A stretch of 64,000 bases of DNA from Protoeuglena noctilucae. Its lineage: Eukaryota. The notes below the pieces were generated by a model. That model was not told the origin of the DNA, did not search any database, and was given only the letters and a program-made list of their open reading frames with translations. Each line of letters starts with the position of its first letter. Position 1 is the first letter of the stretch. The translations under genes were made by a program, and so were the position numbers. The stretch covers positions 682,001-746,000 of the forward strand of contig OY253681.1 in the NCBI GenBank assembly GCA_958009085.1, in the 5' to 3' direction. Shown piece by piece: positions 1 through 12,800 of the stretch.

Positions 1-3000
1 ACCAAGGGCGTCGACGACGAGGGCGAGCCGGAGTTCACGTTCCGATTCGTGCTGCTAGACAAGGGTGAGGCATGCCATGCCATGCGAGATGCAATGTGCT
101 GCTGGACAAGGGTGAGGCATGCCATGCCATCCCATGCGGGATGAGGATGAGGATGCGACGATGAGGCATGAAGGGTGCAAGCATGCTTTGTGAGGGTCGC
201 AACAGTAGTGCTGGCCCAGTACCGGCTAGCTTGGCAGCAGGCCCTGCGGCGCCGGTAATGATCGCCTCTCGCAGCTGTCCAATGAGCGTCAACCACGCCG
301 CCTTATCAGTCTTCCAAGGTCTCTGGTCGACCCCTGCACTGCGTTGCGTCCTTTGGCGCAGGGTCCAGCCCCGCCCAGGGCGCGGAGAACCACGCGGCCG
401 TGACGCTGATGGTGGACGGGCAGGGCGTGGTGACGGGCGCCACGCAGCACTGCCAGTGCACGACGCCCGCGTTCGGCTTCACGTCCGAAGGCCTCGCGGG
501 GCAGCCGCTGAACAAGGTCGTCCTCATGCGGGGGCCCATGGAGCCCTTCCTGGCCGCGTGGCTCGAGGCCACCCGCGCCCCACCCTTCCAGTCCGAGTCG
601 CAGCTCGTGTCAGTGAGGCACGAGAACGGTTCGATGCGCTTCGGCGTGGCCTACTTCAACGCCGACTACGAGCTGGTCGGCGAGGGCCGGGACGCCAGGC
701 CCGTCGGCGAGCCGTCCCTCTCCGTCACCCTCTACTGCCTCGACTTCCTGCCCGTCGTGCTCGACATGCACGACGACACGACCATCCGCCAGGTGTACGG
801 CTCTGTCTACCTCCTGACCGGGCAGCTCGGCGACAGCTTGGCGGGCCAGCCAGCCGCTGCCGTGGTGCCGCAGCTGTTCCGCCAGGTCGGCAACTCCGCG
901 AATGGGTTGCTCGTGCTCCCGGGCCAGCGCCGCGCCGGCAGCAACCAGCACCGGCACGTGGTGGGGGCCGAGCACTTCTCAGAGACCCTAGCTGGTACCT
1001 TGGGGGTCAAGGTCACGTGCCAGGCGGCCCGCATCCAGGGGACCAAGGATACAGTCATGATGCTGCTGGAGCCCACGGGTCCGTCGCCGGGGCCCGTGCA
1101 GATGCCAGTGGCCCGCGCCTTCATCCAGGGCTATGACGACGTTCACCAGAGGGCGGGTCTGCGCCAGAGAGACGGTGTGCAGGAGGAGGGAGGCAATTGT
1201 GACGATGCCGCTAAGTGTGGCAACCGCACTGTCTGTGACGAGGAGCCCAAGCATGCTGGCGGGCTGACGGCGGCACCGGTCTTGCCGGACGGCGAGTGCA
1301 TGGAGGCTGTGCTGAAGGAATCGGGAATGGAGCACGGCGCGGCGACTGCAGATGGCGACGGGGTGCCTTCCGCTGAGGTGGCGACGCAGCCAGCCGAGCA
1401 CGCGCAGCACGTCGACTCCGCTGCGTACGAGACCCGAGACAACCAGGCAGCGGGAGGTGGAAGCGACGGCCGCGTGCCCAGCAAAGCGCCCAGCGGCGGC
1501 GGGGCTTCGCTGGGCCGCGGCAGCAAGGGCAGCAAGGGCCGCGCGTCGAGCGTCCGGGCCGATGGAGCAGCCGATCGCGAGGGTGCCACCGGCCTTCTCC
1601 GCTCGCTGGACCGGCAGCAGACCGGGAGCGTCCAAGGCGTGGCGATGCCCGGGCCCCCGAGGCCCTCTCAAAAGACCCAGGGCGGCCAGAGCGCGGTGTC
1701 CTGCAACGGCAGCGACGGGGAGGAGACGGGGGCTCGGCAGGGCTTTGCGTTCCAGCGGATGCGCGACTGGGTGGACCACGACGGGGCAATCGAGAGAAAG
1801 GGATTGCCTGCGGTGGAGGAGGGGCTGGAGCCCAAGGCGCTGACGGGTGCCGCCATCACGCGCCTGCAGGAGTCGCTGATGAGCGTCGCCAGGGCCGACC
1901 ACAGCGGTGAGGGTCACAGGGTGGGGAGTGGGGGTGGGCGGGTGGGGTAGGGCGCGTGCTTGAACGGGTGTTGGTGCGGGTGGGGAATGGGTGCGTGCTG
2001 GAGCGGGGGGGGGGGGGGGGGGGGGGTATGGTGCGTGCTTGAATGGGGTCGGGGGGTGAGCTTGTGATAGGGAGTGCGATGGAGAGCGTGACCAGTGATC
2101 CACTCACTGTTGCTGGAGTCGTGGGCTGTAATACAGAAAGTGGCTGATTTGCCGTGACTCGTGCGCGCAGGGTCGTTCCAAGGCGCGGCCCACGAGAGTG
2201 GCCAGCGCACGATGCACGTGCGAGAGGCCACTGCGTCTGTGCCTCGCGACCGGGGTGCCATTCGTGCCAACAGCCTCCTCCTCCACCAGGCCAAGGCAGC
2301 TGCGACCGCCAAGGGCCTCACCGACGCAGCTCAAGTACCCAAGGCTGCTCAGACGCCTAAGCTTGCACACACGCCCCATGCCGCTCCGGATGGGGACGCG
2401 TCACCGGCGTCGTCCGCACCCCTCGGGCTCGCCACGGCGCCCGGCAAGCTCGGGAGTTCCGACGAGAAGACGAATTCGGATGCCGAGGACCACGTCGAGA
2501 GCCAGTCTCACAGCGGTGATGGCGATGGCGCCCTGGGTGGTGACGGGGGGGCGGACGGCGAGGCAGTGGGGGCGACGGGTACGGGACAGGAGGGTAGCGA
2601 TGGACAAGGGCTTTTGCTGGCGAGAAAGAAGAGCGAGGGTTTGTCGGACGGGAAGGGTGGGTCGGAGGATTTGGACCGTAAGAGCAGCGTGAGCGCCAGC
2701 GTGATGAGCGAGGGTGCGGGGGAGGGTGCGGTGACGCATGAGGCCGAGGACGACATGCAGGGGCTGGAACTGCTGGAGCACGAGACGGCGCAGGTGAGGG
2801 GATGTGATGATGTGATGATGCGATGGTGTTGTGGTAAGTCGAGTGGCGCAGGTGACGGGGCGGCTTTGAGATGGGTGGGATGAGTGAGAGGGTGCTGTGT
2901 TCAACGCCTGACATGTATACAGAGGCTGGTGTCTCATCCGCGCACTGTGCTTATCATCGCAGGCCCGCGGCCGCAAGTTCAAGCGCGTCTACGGCATGCT

Positions 3001-6000
3001 GTCGTCGCAAGTGATGACGCGCCCCGTGACCATCGCCCGGCTGACCATGCTGGTCGTCTCCATGGTCATCATCGTCGTGCAGTGCATCGGGTTCAGCCAG
3101 ATCCTCCTCCGCATCGTCAAGCACAACAAGCTCAGCGCCTACGTCGTCCAGTCCGGCACCGCCATCAAGGTGACTGCGGCTGCACTCTGAGAGGCTTCAC
3201 CACCTGCAGAGCGTGGTGTTTGGTGCGTGCATTATTATGGTTATAAATGTAATTATGATAGTTATAGTAACAAAAATCTTAATGACTTATAATGTTGTCA
3301 ATCATGATTGTAGTAACATTTATATTTTTTGCTTTCATCATTCACATTCCCTTTCTGTCCGCAGTACGCGGTGGACATGAAGCGCTACGCCAGGCTCCTG
3401 CAGGGCCTGTCGATGGGCTTCCCGATCCCCGGCTCGTCTTTTGAGAACAACCAGCGGTTGTTCACGCTCTCCACCAACCAGTTCCTCAAGTCCCACAACG
3501 CCCTCTACCACACCGCCTCCATGTTCCAGGACAAGACCTACAAGCCGCAGTTCCAGGTGAGATATCGCTATGATTGCTCATCATGCTTCATGGATACCAG
3601 TACCGTCGGTAATAGTATGGGTGCACTCATGTATAGATATATAATAGTAGTACCAACATCTGGCAGCACCATGCATGGTATTGAGAGCCTTAGCAGCTGC
3701 TTCTAACCGTGGCAACCGACCTCGCCCCTATGTCGTCCCAGGAGCTGTGGCTGCGCATGGACCTGGAGGTGACGGTGCTCACGGCCAGCAGCTACGCGAT
3801 CGGCGGCGTCGACGCGCAGAAGACGACCAATTTATGGGAGTGCGGCAACACGTACGCCAGCTACGGCCTGGAGCTGGCCAAGATGACCGAAGCAGACATC
3901 AGCCAGGGGGACATCGCGCCCCTCGCGTCCTTCCAGTACCTCAGCCGCAACGGGCTCGACATCGTCGCCAACAGGTGACCTGACTGTGACACGGGTGCAT
4001 GAGATGTGACTGTGCGACAGCGACCTTAGCTGTTAGAAAACAACACCCTAGCAGCCTCCACTGGCTTCCACCCGTGCTGTAACTACTGCTGTTTGTAGCA
4101 ACCCGTCCCTTCTCAGTTGTACTAGCACCCTTCACCTCTCCATGGGTGTCACCCCCCATCCCTCTCCCGCCCCACGCAGGTACGAGCAGCTCCTGGCCGT
4201 GCTCATCGCCGCCACCAAGTACAACCTCCTGCAGATCGGCGTGGTGTCCCTCATCTTCCTGGCCCTCAACCTGGGCGTCGTGGTGCCCATCGGCCTGGTT
4301 CTCATCCACCGCGGCATCTCCGCGTCCCTCCGCGTGCGCGCCAGCACCATGGCCATCCTCATCGCGGTGCCGAGGCGGCTGGTGCTCGCCATGTCGCGCC
4401 GACCGGTCAACCTCAAGCTTTTGGAGGATCTGGCGGATGAGGAGCAGGAGGAAGATTCGACAGAAAAGAACACCCAGGCGCAGACGCAGGAGGCGGGGAT
4501 ATCGTCCAAGGCCATGCGGCTGCTGCTGTCGCAGAGGATCGACTACGAGCGCGTCAAGGGTGAGGGAGGCGGTGATACCTAGTACGAGCAGGGGTGGGTA
4601 GTGCTACTCCTTGACAAGTAGTATGTGCCCAGTCACGCCCGATGGGCGAGGGGCGGTGGGGGCAGGGTGGGTGCTTGCACACTGTCGCATCGAAAGTTCG
4701 AGACATCCCCCTCTCGCCTTCCGCAGTGGTGCGCGACCAGGTCATGTCCCGCCAGTCCAAGCAGCGCACGCAGCAGGTGCTGGAGCTGTACATCGTTGGC
4801 CCCTTCCTGCTATGGGCGGCAGTGACGGGGGCTCTGTACGGCGTCACATGGACGCTGCAGTCCAACACGTCCGTCCGCCTGGAGCCGTCCCGCGTCGCGT
4901 ACGTGATGGCGGGATACACGGCCAAGACGCTCGCCAGTGCCACGGATCTGGTCGTTGACACCAGCAACGCCCTGGCCGGATCGCCCTGGGCCCGACAGAC
5001 CGCAGCCACCCGGTGAGGGAGCCGGCTGGGGGGGTGGCTGGGGTGACTGGTTACGGTATATAAAGCTGTGCTGCATCATCGCTGTTAGGGCCGATGAGAT
5101 AAGTAGTTGCGGCGGGGTGAGACTGCCAATGTCGCCCATATGTCTGCCCACGCCCGTGCCCCGTCTCGCCCCCTCCGCGCAGTGCCAGCCTGGCCGCCAA
5201 TCAGGTGGTGGTGCAGAGCGCCGTGGATGCCCTCATCTGGGGCAACAGCACGTTCCTGGGCCAGTACCACGTCCCGGGGGGCACGGTCGTCTTCAACTCA
5301 GTCCTCCGCAACATCTACTTCACCCACCAGTGCTTCAGCGTGAGTGGAGTTGTTCGCGTAAAGATAACGATAATGACGTCGGCAGACACTCTGTCTACCT
5401 TTGAAATTTCTGCTGCCGTCTTTGCGACTCTTGGTGCTGGCGCCCTGACACTGCCACTGCCGTGTGCCTTGCGTGCACTTCTGAAGCTATGGGTGACACC
5501 CATATGAGGCGCGTCGATTGTCCATCAATCATTGCTCCCGCAGACCGTGGCTTGTCTGCCGGACTCGGACCCGCTGTGGCCCTCCGTGGGCCGCGGGTAC
5601 TACGCCCTCATGAGCCGGTTTGACGACATGACAAGCGCGCTCCCGGATGAGCGCGATGTGGACCTGGTGGTCACCAACGTCAGGTGAGATGGCGGATGTA
5701 ATATGCATGTGGTGGTCATCAACGTCAGGTGAGATGGCGAACGTGATGTTGTTCATGCGACTACCCTCGTCATAGTACCACAGACCGACAACACGCCTGA
5801 TGATCACAACACTGGTATCTGTTGCCGCCACAGGTACCAGTTCCTGCAGGCCCAGGGCGACGACACCGTCCGCGTGGCCCAGGAGAAGGTGCAAGTGAAC
5901 GTCAACACCGTCGCGTCCACCATCAACACCATCATCGCCATCCACGTCATCCTGTTCCTGGGCACCGTCGTGTCGGGCGTGTGGTGAGCGAACATGTACA

Positions 6001-6583
6001 GAGAAGAGAAGCTGTTGTGTTGTCTATGCATGTGGCAGAAACATCATGCACTGTTTTGCTACTGCCCCCTTCCCTCGCGCGCAGTTTCACCATCTTGCTC
6101 CTGCGCCCCCTCCGTCGCATGCTGGCGACCGAGGTGCTGCGCCTGTCGCACCTGATGGCCGAGCTGCCCAAGGAGCTGGCCATCGAGGAGGCGGTGGTGG
6201 CGCTGGTCGAGGAAATGTCGACGAATGGGAACGAGGAGAACATCATGGAGATGGCCGACGGGGCCGAAGCCATCCACAAGGACATCACGGGCGCCAAGGT
6301 GAGGCTGGGTTCGTGACTACTGTCTTCTAGTGGCAGTGGAGGTATGACATGCGTGGGGCGGAGGGGCCGAGTCATGTTTCAGTGTCTGTCCCATCTGTGC
6401 CACTGCAACGTGCCTGCATGGTTACCTGGTTCGTTTCTATCCACACGCTCATGCTTGCATGATGTGATGCTGTGCAAGAGGAGTCGAGCGTGTGGCGTGT
6501 GGCGTTGTTTCTTGCAGGATGCGTCCGCGAAGGCCGCCCTTGAGCCCGGGATGGAGAAGGGAGAGCATGCGTGGAAGGAGTGA
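1..6583 (+). CDS. PAS-domain multi-pass membrane protein (chlorophyte TmcB/TmcC 'tiny macrocysts'-like family), 5'-truncated by the window, about 13 exons
   Basis: GT-AG exons splice in frame (1-64, 362-~1907, 2171-2793, 2963-3169, 3365-3556, 3742-3974, 4180-4559, 4726-5012 ... 6519-6583). There are two PAS-like segments (TLMVDGQGVVTG...FGFTSEGLAGQPLNKVV; LDMHDDTTIRQV...LAGQPAAAVVP), a low-complexity linker, an RGRKFKRVYGML motif and then several hydrophobic helices. Family call is from recalled architecture. Confidence 0.75.
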
Positions 6584-6817
6584 TGCTCGACAACCGGTTC
6601 ACCTCAGGTCATTCTTGTCCGTTTCCCTGTCATATGTCGTGTCGTGACCCAACGCAAGACCTGCACAGCTACACCCCCACCAACACTGAGAGATACCCCC
6701 GCCATCGCTGGGAGATGAGGGGCTGCATGCACACGTACACCACGCGCTGCCACTGACGCCAGCACGGTGGGACTGCCTGCATTCCCATACCCACGTGCCG
6801 CGTCGCCTTTGTCCCTA

Positions 6818-7006
6818 CCCCCGCCAGCACCGCGGGGCTGTCAGTACACCCACACACTCACCCACCCACCCAAGCGCGCCTTCATCGCCACCTGGTGATG
6901 CACAAGCGCCGCTGCTGCACTGTCACTGCCGTACCAGCTCTCAGCCTTCAGGACTGTCTCAGACATGCACCACTACGCATGTCGAGGCGCGGTGACCTAG
7001 AGAGGC

Positions 7007-7039
<33 letters not shown>

Positions 7040-7136
7040 TAGGGGTGGAGAGAGAGCACCCAGTAGTTTACTAATCTATCTAATCGCGAGCCGTTTTCCC
7101 TGTTCACCCAAACGACTGCTCCGGCGGCCACCCGGT
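6818..7136 (+). repeat. Left copy of a degenerate direct repeat flanking the F-box/ankyrin locus, interrupted by a ~145-bp insert
   Basis: atcgccacctggtgatgcacaagcgcc (6884-6910) and agcacccagtag...atcgcgagccgttttccctgttcacccaaacgactgctccggcggcca (7055-7130) align with 9422-9512. Confidence 0.8.
7001..7056. repeat. Imperfect (GA)n microsatellite tract
   Basis: agaggctgagagagagagagagagagaaagagagagagataggggtggagagagag is seen directly. Confidence 0.9.
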
Positions 7137-7485
7137 AGAAGCCCCGCTTGAGAATGAGCATCAGTGTAACCTTTACTGGCGCCAAGTGAAGCTTTCCAGC
7201 TCTCGTCATTGCACAGCTTGAATGCGATCGCCTCTAGCCATCGCCGCAGCAAGCGAAGTGAGCTAGAACTTGCTTGTTCACTTCACATAGCTCTTCCCGC
7301 CGCGCCGCAACGTTCTGGGGCCGACAGGGCCGAGTGCAGGACGCGTGAGTAGGGCATGGAACTGCTTGGCAGGACGGTGTCGGCACAGAGGCCTCCAACG
7401 TCGCACCTGCGCCGGTTGAATGCGCCGCATGTTAGAAGACCTTGCGCGGCGGGCGTGTTCGCAGGCAGCCTGCGGAGTTCGATAA

Positions 7486-9217
7486 ATGGAGCGCGTGGAC
7501 ATGTCGGCTACGACCGTGGGTAAGGCGCTGAGGCCATCCGCTGTTGCATAGCCGTGGCTGCGTCGTGAGGGCATCTTGCGTGGACCGCTGGCGCGCGCAG
7601 GGTGGGACGACCTGCCCCGGGACCTGCATCGCGAGATCCTGCGGCTGGTGCCCCTGCGCGACGCGACGGCGGCGCGGGGGGTGTCGCGGGAGATGCGTGA
7701 CGAGATGGACGAGGTGTGGAGGGAGTGGGGCATCCGGGCCTCGGCGGAGGACTTCCGCAAGAACATACGGGCATACAGTAGGCATTCAGTGACCTATTGT
7801 CAGCTTGACTGTGGCCCACTGGTGGTTTACGGGTGTGAGGGGTCCCATGCGCACCACCTGGCGAGCCTGGGGCTGTGGTGGCTGGCCCTGCTGGTGGCGG
7901 AGGGGCCGGACATCAACAGCATCTCCTGGGACATGCAACTTGGGGGTCAGTCGCCGCTGATGGTGGCGGTGCGCGCTTCGCGGCCGGTGGGGCGCGGGGC
8001 GGATGGCAATGTGGAGTGGGAATACGCGCTTGGGGACGAGGAGGTGGCGCGGATGGTGCGGGTGGCGGCGGAGCTGGGGGCGGATCTCAACAGGAAGTTT
8101 GGGGTCGCATGGCCGCTGATGACGTACTGCGTGATGGGGGGCTGCTTGGAGGCGGTCAAGGCGTGCCTGGCAGCGGGGGCGGAAGTAGATGCGACAAGCG
8201 CCGCAGTAACCAGCAATGGGTGGTGGACGGCGCTGGTGCATGCCGGGCGCATGGGTCATGAGGCGGTGGTGGAGGCGCTGCTGGAGGCGGGGGCGTCGGC
8301 CCAGGTCGGGCCTGATGGGAGGGATGAGACATTGGTGGCGGTGTGCGGGGGTCCGACGCCGACGCCGGGCATCGTGCGCCGGCTGGTGGAGGCGGGTGCG
8401 GACGTGAATGCACAGGATCTCAACTCAACTGATACAGCCCTCCGCGTGTCGACGCGCCTTAACGACCTGGCCATCGTGGAGGCAGGATGGATCCCTGGTG
8501 GATGGATCCCTAGTGGATGCAGGGGCCGACGTCAATGCCGTCACCATGTCGGGGATCAGTGCGATGCATTTCGCACTAGACGGGGATATGGTGCGGTGGC
8601 TGGCGGCGCATGGGGCGAGCGTCGACGTCCGTGCCCACGGGGTCGACACCCCACCCATGTGCTCCCCACTTATGTAGGCCTGCTCTAATGGTGCCGTCGA
8701 CCTCGTTCACGCTCTGATCGAGGTGGGCGCGGACGTCCATCACAGGGGCACAGAACTCAACACGGCTCTCCACCGCGCGGTGCATTGTTACGACGAGCAA
8801 AGGGCTGTGGAGATCGCGCAGCTGCTGCTGGCGGAGGGGGCCGACGTTAGGGCCATGAATGTAGAGGGTCAGACGCCCCTTCACCACGCCTGCCACGCCG
8901 CATGCGTCAACGTGCTCTTAGACGCCGGGGCAAACCTGGAGGCATTAGACAGGTTCGCGCGGACGCCCATCTACGTCGCTGCAACTGACTGGCCGCGTAG
9001 AGCCGAGGTGGTGCTGCGGATGGCTGACCGCGGCGCGGACCTGGTCAACACGGGCGTTGTGCCGGGGTTTGTAGAGGGCGTGGTGAAAAGGCTGCGGGCC
9101 GAGCGTAGCAGCGGCGGGCCCGCTGACCACGGATGCCAGGTTAGGGGCGTGGCAGAGCAGACGTATAGTGCAAGCTGGGCCGTTAGCGGGCTTGGGCGGT
9201 CGCAAGCGTCGGTCTGA
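7486..9217 (+). pseudogene. F-box-like + ankyrin-repeat gene disrupted by a frameshift and a nonsense codon
   Basis: ATG at 7486 and one GT-AG intron (7520-7600) give MERVDMSATTVGWDDLPRDLHREILRLVPLRDATAARGVSREMR (F-box-like). Ankyrin repeats follow (TALVHAGRMGHEAVVEALLEAGA, LVEAGADVNAQD, TALHRAV, TPLHHAC). A 25-nt insertion at 8485-8509 shifts the frame, and an in-frame TAG at 8675-8677 interrupts SPLM*ACSNGAVDLV. Confidence 0.8.
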
Positions 9218-9382
9218 TGGCGGCGCACTGTGCCGCTGAGTGCAGGTGGTCAAGGGACCGGCGCCGGCGCACGTGGAGGAGCGTGGCGTGGGCTTGGCTG
9301 CTTGGACCCGACACTGCTGAGGAGCGACCGCGTTTGCTCCGTGACAGGCAGCGGCGCGATAGATTGGCGCGCGTGCTTCACA

Positions 9383-9520
9383 CACCTGCCAGCTCTGCGG
9401 AACAGCTACCCACGCTCCGTTATCGCCACCCGGCGATGCACTAGCACCCAGTGGTCTACCCTGATCGCGGGTCGTTTTCCCTGTTTTACCCAAGCAACTG
9501 CTCTGGCGGCCATCGTCGGT
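9383..9520 (+). repeat. Right copy of the degenerate direct repeat flanking the F-box/ankyrin locus
   Basis: atcgccacccggcgatgcactagcacccagtggtctaccctgatcgcgggtcgttttccctgttttacccaagcaactgctctggcggcca aligns with the left copy at roughly 80% identity by eye. Confidence 0.8.
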
Positions 9521-9873
9521 GCTGCAATCATGCTGCAATGTCACCTTGGCTGGCGCCAACTGAAGTCGTTGTCGCACACTCAGCTCTCCTGTATCGCTCG
9601 CCATCGCTGCATCGAGAGTGGATGGCCACGCGTTTCCCGGGAGAAGTATGGTGATGTCCCACGCCGTGGGAGCCCCTCTAGCCCACCGTGGGTGAGGTTT
9701 GTGCCATGAACAATAGCGTGGCATTGGTCAGGCTCCCGATGTCGCGCCGGCTGCAGCTCTGGGGCCCTTCTTATGGTAGCCCTTTTTTATGGCTGCCCAC
9801 GAGGAATTAGGACGTCTCAGCGATAGCTTCTGGCAAAGACACCTCAATGCGGATGCGTTTATTATGCCCGCAG

Positions 9874-12800
9874 ACCATGGCAGGGCCGGAGGTTCCAACG
9901 CCGTCGGCTGGGCGCGCGCGGCCGGTGTCGTGCCTCTGCGGCGACGCGGACGGGCACGGACGCCGCGCGAGTGAGGCCGGAGGAGAACATCGCTGAGTTG
10001 CTTCAATCGCTCGATGAGCTGAACTCGCTCGAGGCGTCCGTCGATTCAATGGACGTCGCCACGCTTCTGGGTGGCGATGCGATAGCGCCTGCAGTCGCGC
10101 GACGCAGCGTTGACGCCGTCAACCTGGCGGATGCAATTCAGGCGGCGTCTGCGGACACCTCGCCGCGCTTCATCTCTCCGCTCGCCCCCAACTCGAGCCT
10201 CAGCGGCGCACGGTCGGCACAGCCGCTCGCCTCGGCCCCGCTGCTGCTCTTCTTGCCGGGTGAGTGCAGGAACCGCGTCCACTCGCTTCAAACCTGAAAG
10301 CCAACACCACGGTAACCGCATCTCCGCGCCCCTTTTCAGGCATCGACGGCACGTGCATCACGCTCACGCGCCAGCTCCCCGGCCTGCAACTCCTGTTCGA
10401 CGTGCGGGCGCTGATCATGCCGCCTGGCGACCGCACGTCGTTTCGAGAGCTGGTGCGGCTGACGGCGGACTTCCTTCGTCAGGAGCGGGACACGGTGAAC
10501 GACCCACTGCGGCCCATCTACGTCATGGGGGAGTCGTTCGGTGCGGTGCTGGCGGTGGCGGTGGCCCTGGATTGCCCCGACGTCGTCAGCCGGGTCGTGC
10601 TGGTGAGATGCCGCCGCTCAACGGAGGCGCGGCTTGGCAGGTGGCTTCGCGGATCATGCGACTGCGGCCCCCGTGTGCTGTGCTCACAAACCCGTTTGTG
10701 TTCATGGCACCGTTACCAGATAGTTGATACGCACTTCTCGCTTCACAGATCAACCCGGCGACCAGCTTTGACCGCACCCCCTGGGCTGCGCTGGGCCCGG
10801 TGCTGTCCGCGCTGCCGCAGCCCCTTTACGACACGCTGCCCTACGCCCTGGCTCCCCTCCTGGGCAACCCCCTCAACATCGCCGCCTTCCGCACGAGCTT
10901 GCGTGGCACGGGCGTCAGTGGGGTGCTGAGGGACCCGGGGAGGGCGGTGGAGGCCCTGGGGGAGCTGAGGGACGCGATGGTGGAGCTGCTGCCCAGCATG
11001 GGGTGAGTTGACAGGGTGGGGAGTGGGGCGTCATGGTACATGGTGGTGGGTGAGAGTGAGAGTGGTGGGTGGGTGAGGGAGTGTTGCAAATGCTGCCCAG
11101 CATGGGGTGAGTTGACGGGGTGGGGAGTGGGTCAGGGAGTTGTGGTGATGAGTGAGGGGGTGTTGCAGGTGTGGGTGAGGGAGTCTGGCGTTGCTGCCGA
11201 GCATGGGGTGAGAGTGAGGGCGGTGGGTGGGGCGTTATAACACATGGTAGCGGGTGAGAAGAACATTGGCAGTTGCTGCTCAGCAATCGTGGCGTTGAAT
11301 GCATACGTAGGACTTGTGAGTGTCCCTCCATTGCAGTGGCCTAAAGGACATCCTGCTGCCCGCCACGCTCGCTTACCGCATCGCTCTTCTGGGTCAAGGC
11401 AGCGACTACCTGCGGGGGCGCCTGGGGCAGGTGCAGCAGCGGACGCTCGTGCTGTGCGGCGCCGACGACGCCCTGCTGCCCAGCAAAGAGGAGGCCAGGT
11501 GAGGGATTGGTGGTTCTTTTTCTAACCTCTGGCAGGTGACGGGCTATGGGATATGACAGGCATATGACGGTCCCGAAGTCAACCGTACGGGCACTGTTGG
11601 GAACCTGCCTGCCTGTCAGTTTCTCATGCAACAGGTTGTCTCCCCCTTCTGCCCCGCACAGTCGCCTGGAGCGTTTGCTGCCACGCGCACGCGCCAAGGT
11701 GCTGCCCAACTTGACGCACGCCATGTTACTGGAGGCGCCCTTCGATGTGGCCAAGGAGATTTTGGAGGAGGGGTTCTACGTGCCCAGGAGGAAGCTCAGC
11801 GCGGGGCCGCAGCAGACCACGGGTGAGGAGCAGGGTGGGTGAGGGAGTGGGTGATGTGTGGCGGCTGTGGTTGTGGGGTGCAGGCTGTGACGCGCTCAAT
11901 CTACTGGCTGTCAGCGATGTCAGCGATGACTGCATGCATGGGCTCGGAACGTATAATCGATATCCGCGTCGTCGCCCGGTGCGTGCGCAGGGAGCGGTTC
12001 TGGCGCCTGCACTGCCAGTGTCCCCTTCACCCCCCCGTACGGGCAAGCCGCGCCGCTGGACGTGCCCTCGCTGCGGGAGCTGGAGCGAGACGCGGAGAAG
12101 AGCAGCCTGGAATTGCTGAGGCGCCTGACGTCCCCCGTCTTTGTGTCGACCGGTCCGGGGGGGCGTAGGGAGTTAGGGTTGGGGCAGGTGCCGGACGTAC
12201 GGCCTATCCTGGTGAGAGGGAGATGGGGAGCGTAGGGTGTTGGGGAGCGTGAGCTGGGCTGTCGGTTAGGGTGTGCAAGAAGTGGTGGCCAGTCCTCGTC
12301 ACGTTGTCGCACGTAGCATCAACGCTCACCCGCACGGTCCCGCCCCCACCGCCGCAGTTCGGGGGCAACCACCAGGCCCCCGCCATCGACATGGGTCCCC
12401 TCATAGCACGTTTCCTGGAGGACCGCGGCACGTTGCTGCGTGGAATGGCGCACCCTCTCATATTCGGTCAGACGCGGGAGCGGTGGGAGGGCATGGCGGA
12501 TGACGAACTGCTGGAGATGGAGTTTCGGAAACGATACCGAAGCACGGGGGGCAGGCGTGACGGGGAGGGGAACGGCGGGGGCGGGGGCGGTGGTATCGGT
12601 GGGCTGTTCTCTACATACGGGGCGGTGCCTGTGAGCTCGACGGCGTTTTCGAAGTTGGTGCGGAACGGGGAGGCCGTGCTGCTCTATCCCGGGGGAGCGA
12701 GGTGAGGGGGACGGGGGAGGGGCGGGTAGTGGGGTGGGGTGAGGCCATGTGTCATGTGTGTGTGAGGGGAGATGAGGGGTGAGTGGGGCTGGGCTGAGGT

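Noticed and set aside
8675..8677. TAG reassignment (ulvophyte-type TAR=Gln code) or readthrough
   Set aside because: LHCBM ends in TAA and the kinase ends in TAG, no other gene shows internal TAR, and the same gene also has a frameshift.
6818..9520. Autonomous LTR retrotransposon or Helitron
   Set aside because: There is no gag, RT, integrase or Rep/helicase coding sequence, no TG..CA termini or PBS, and the CTAG is not followed by the expected T.
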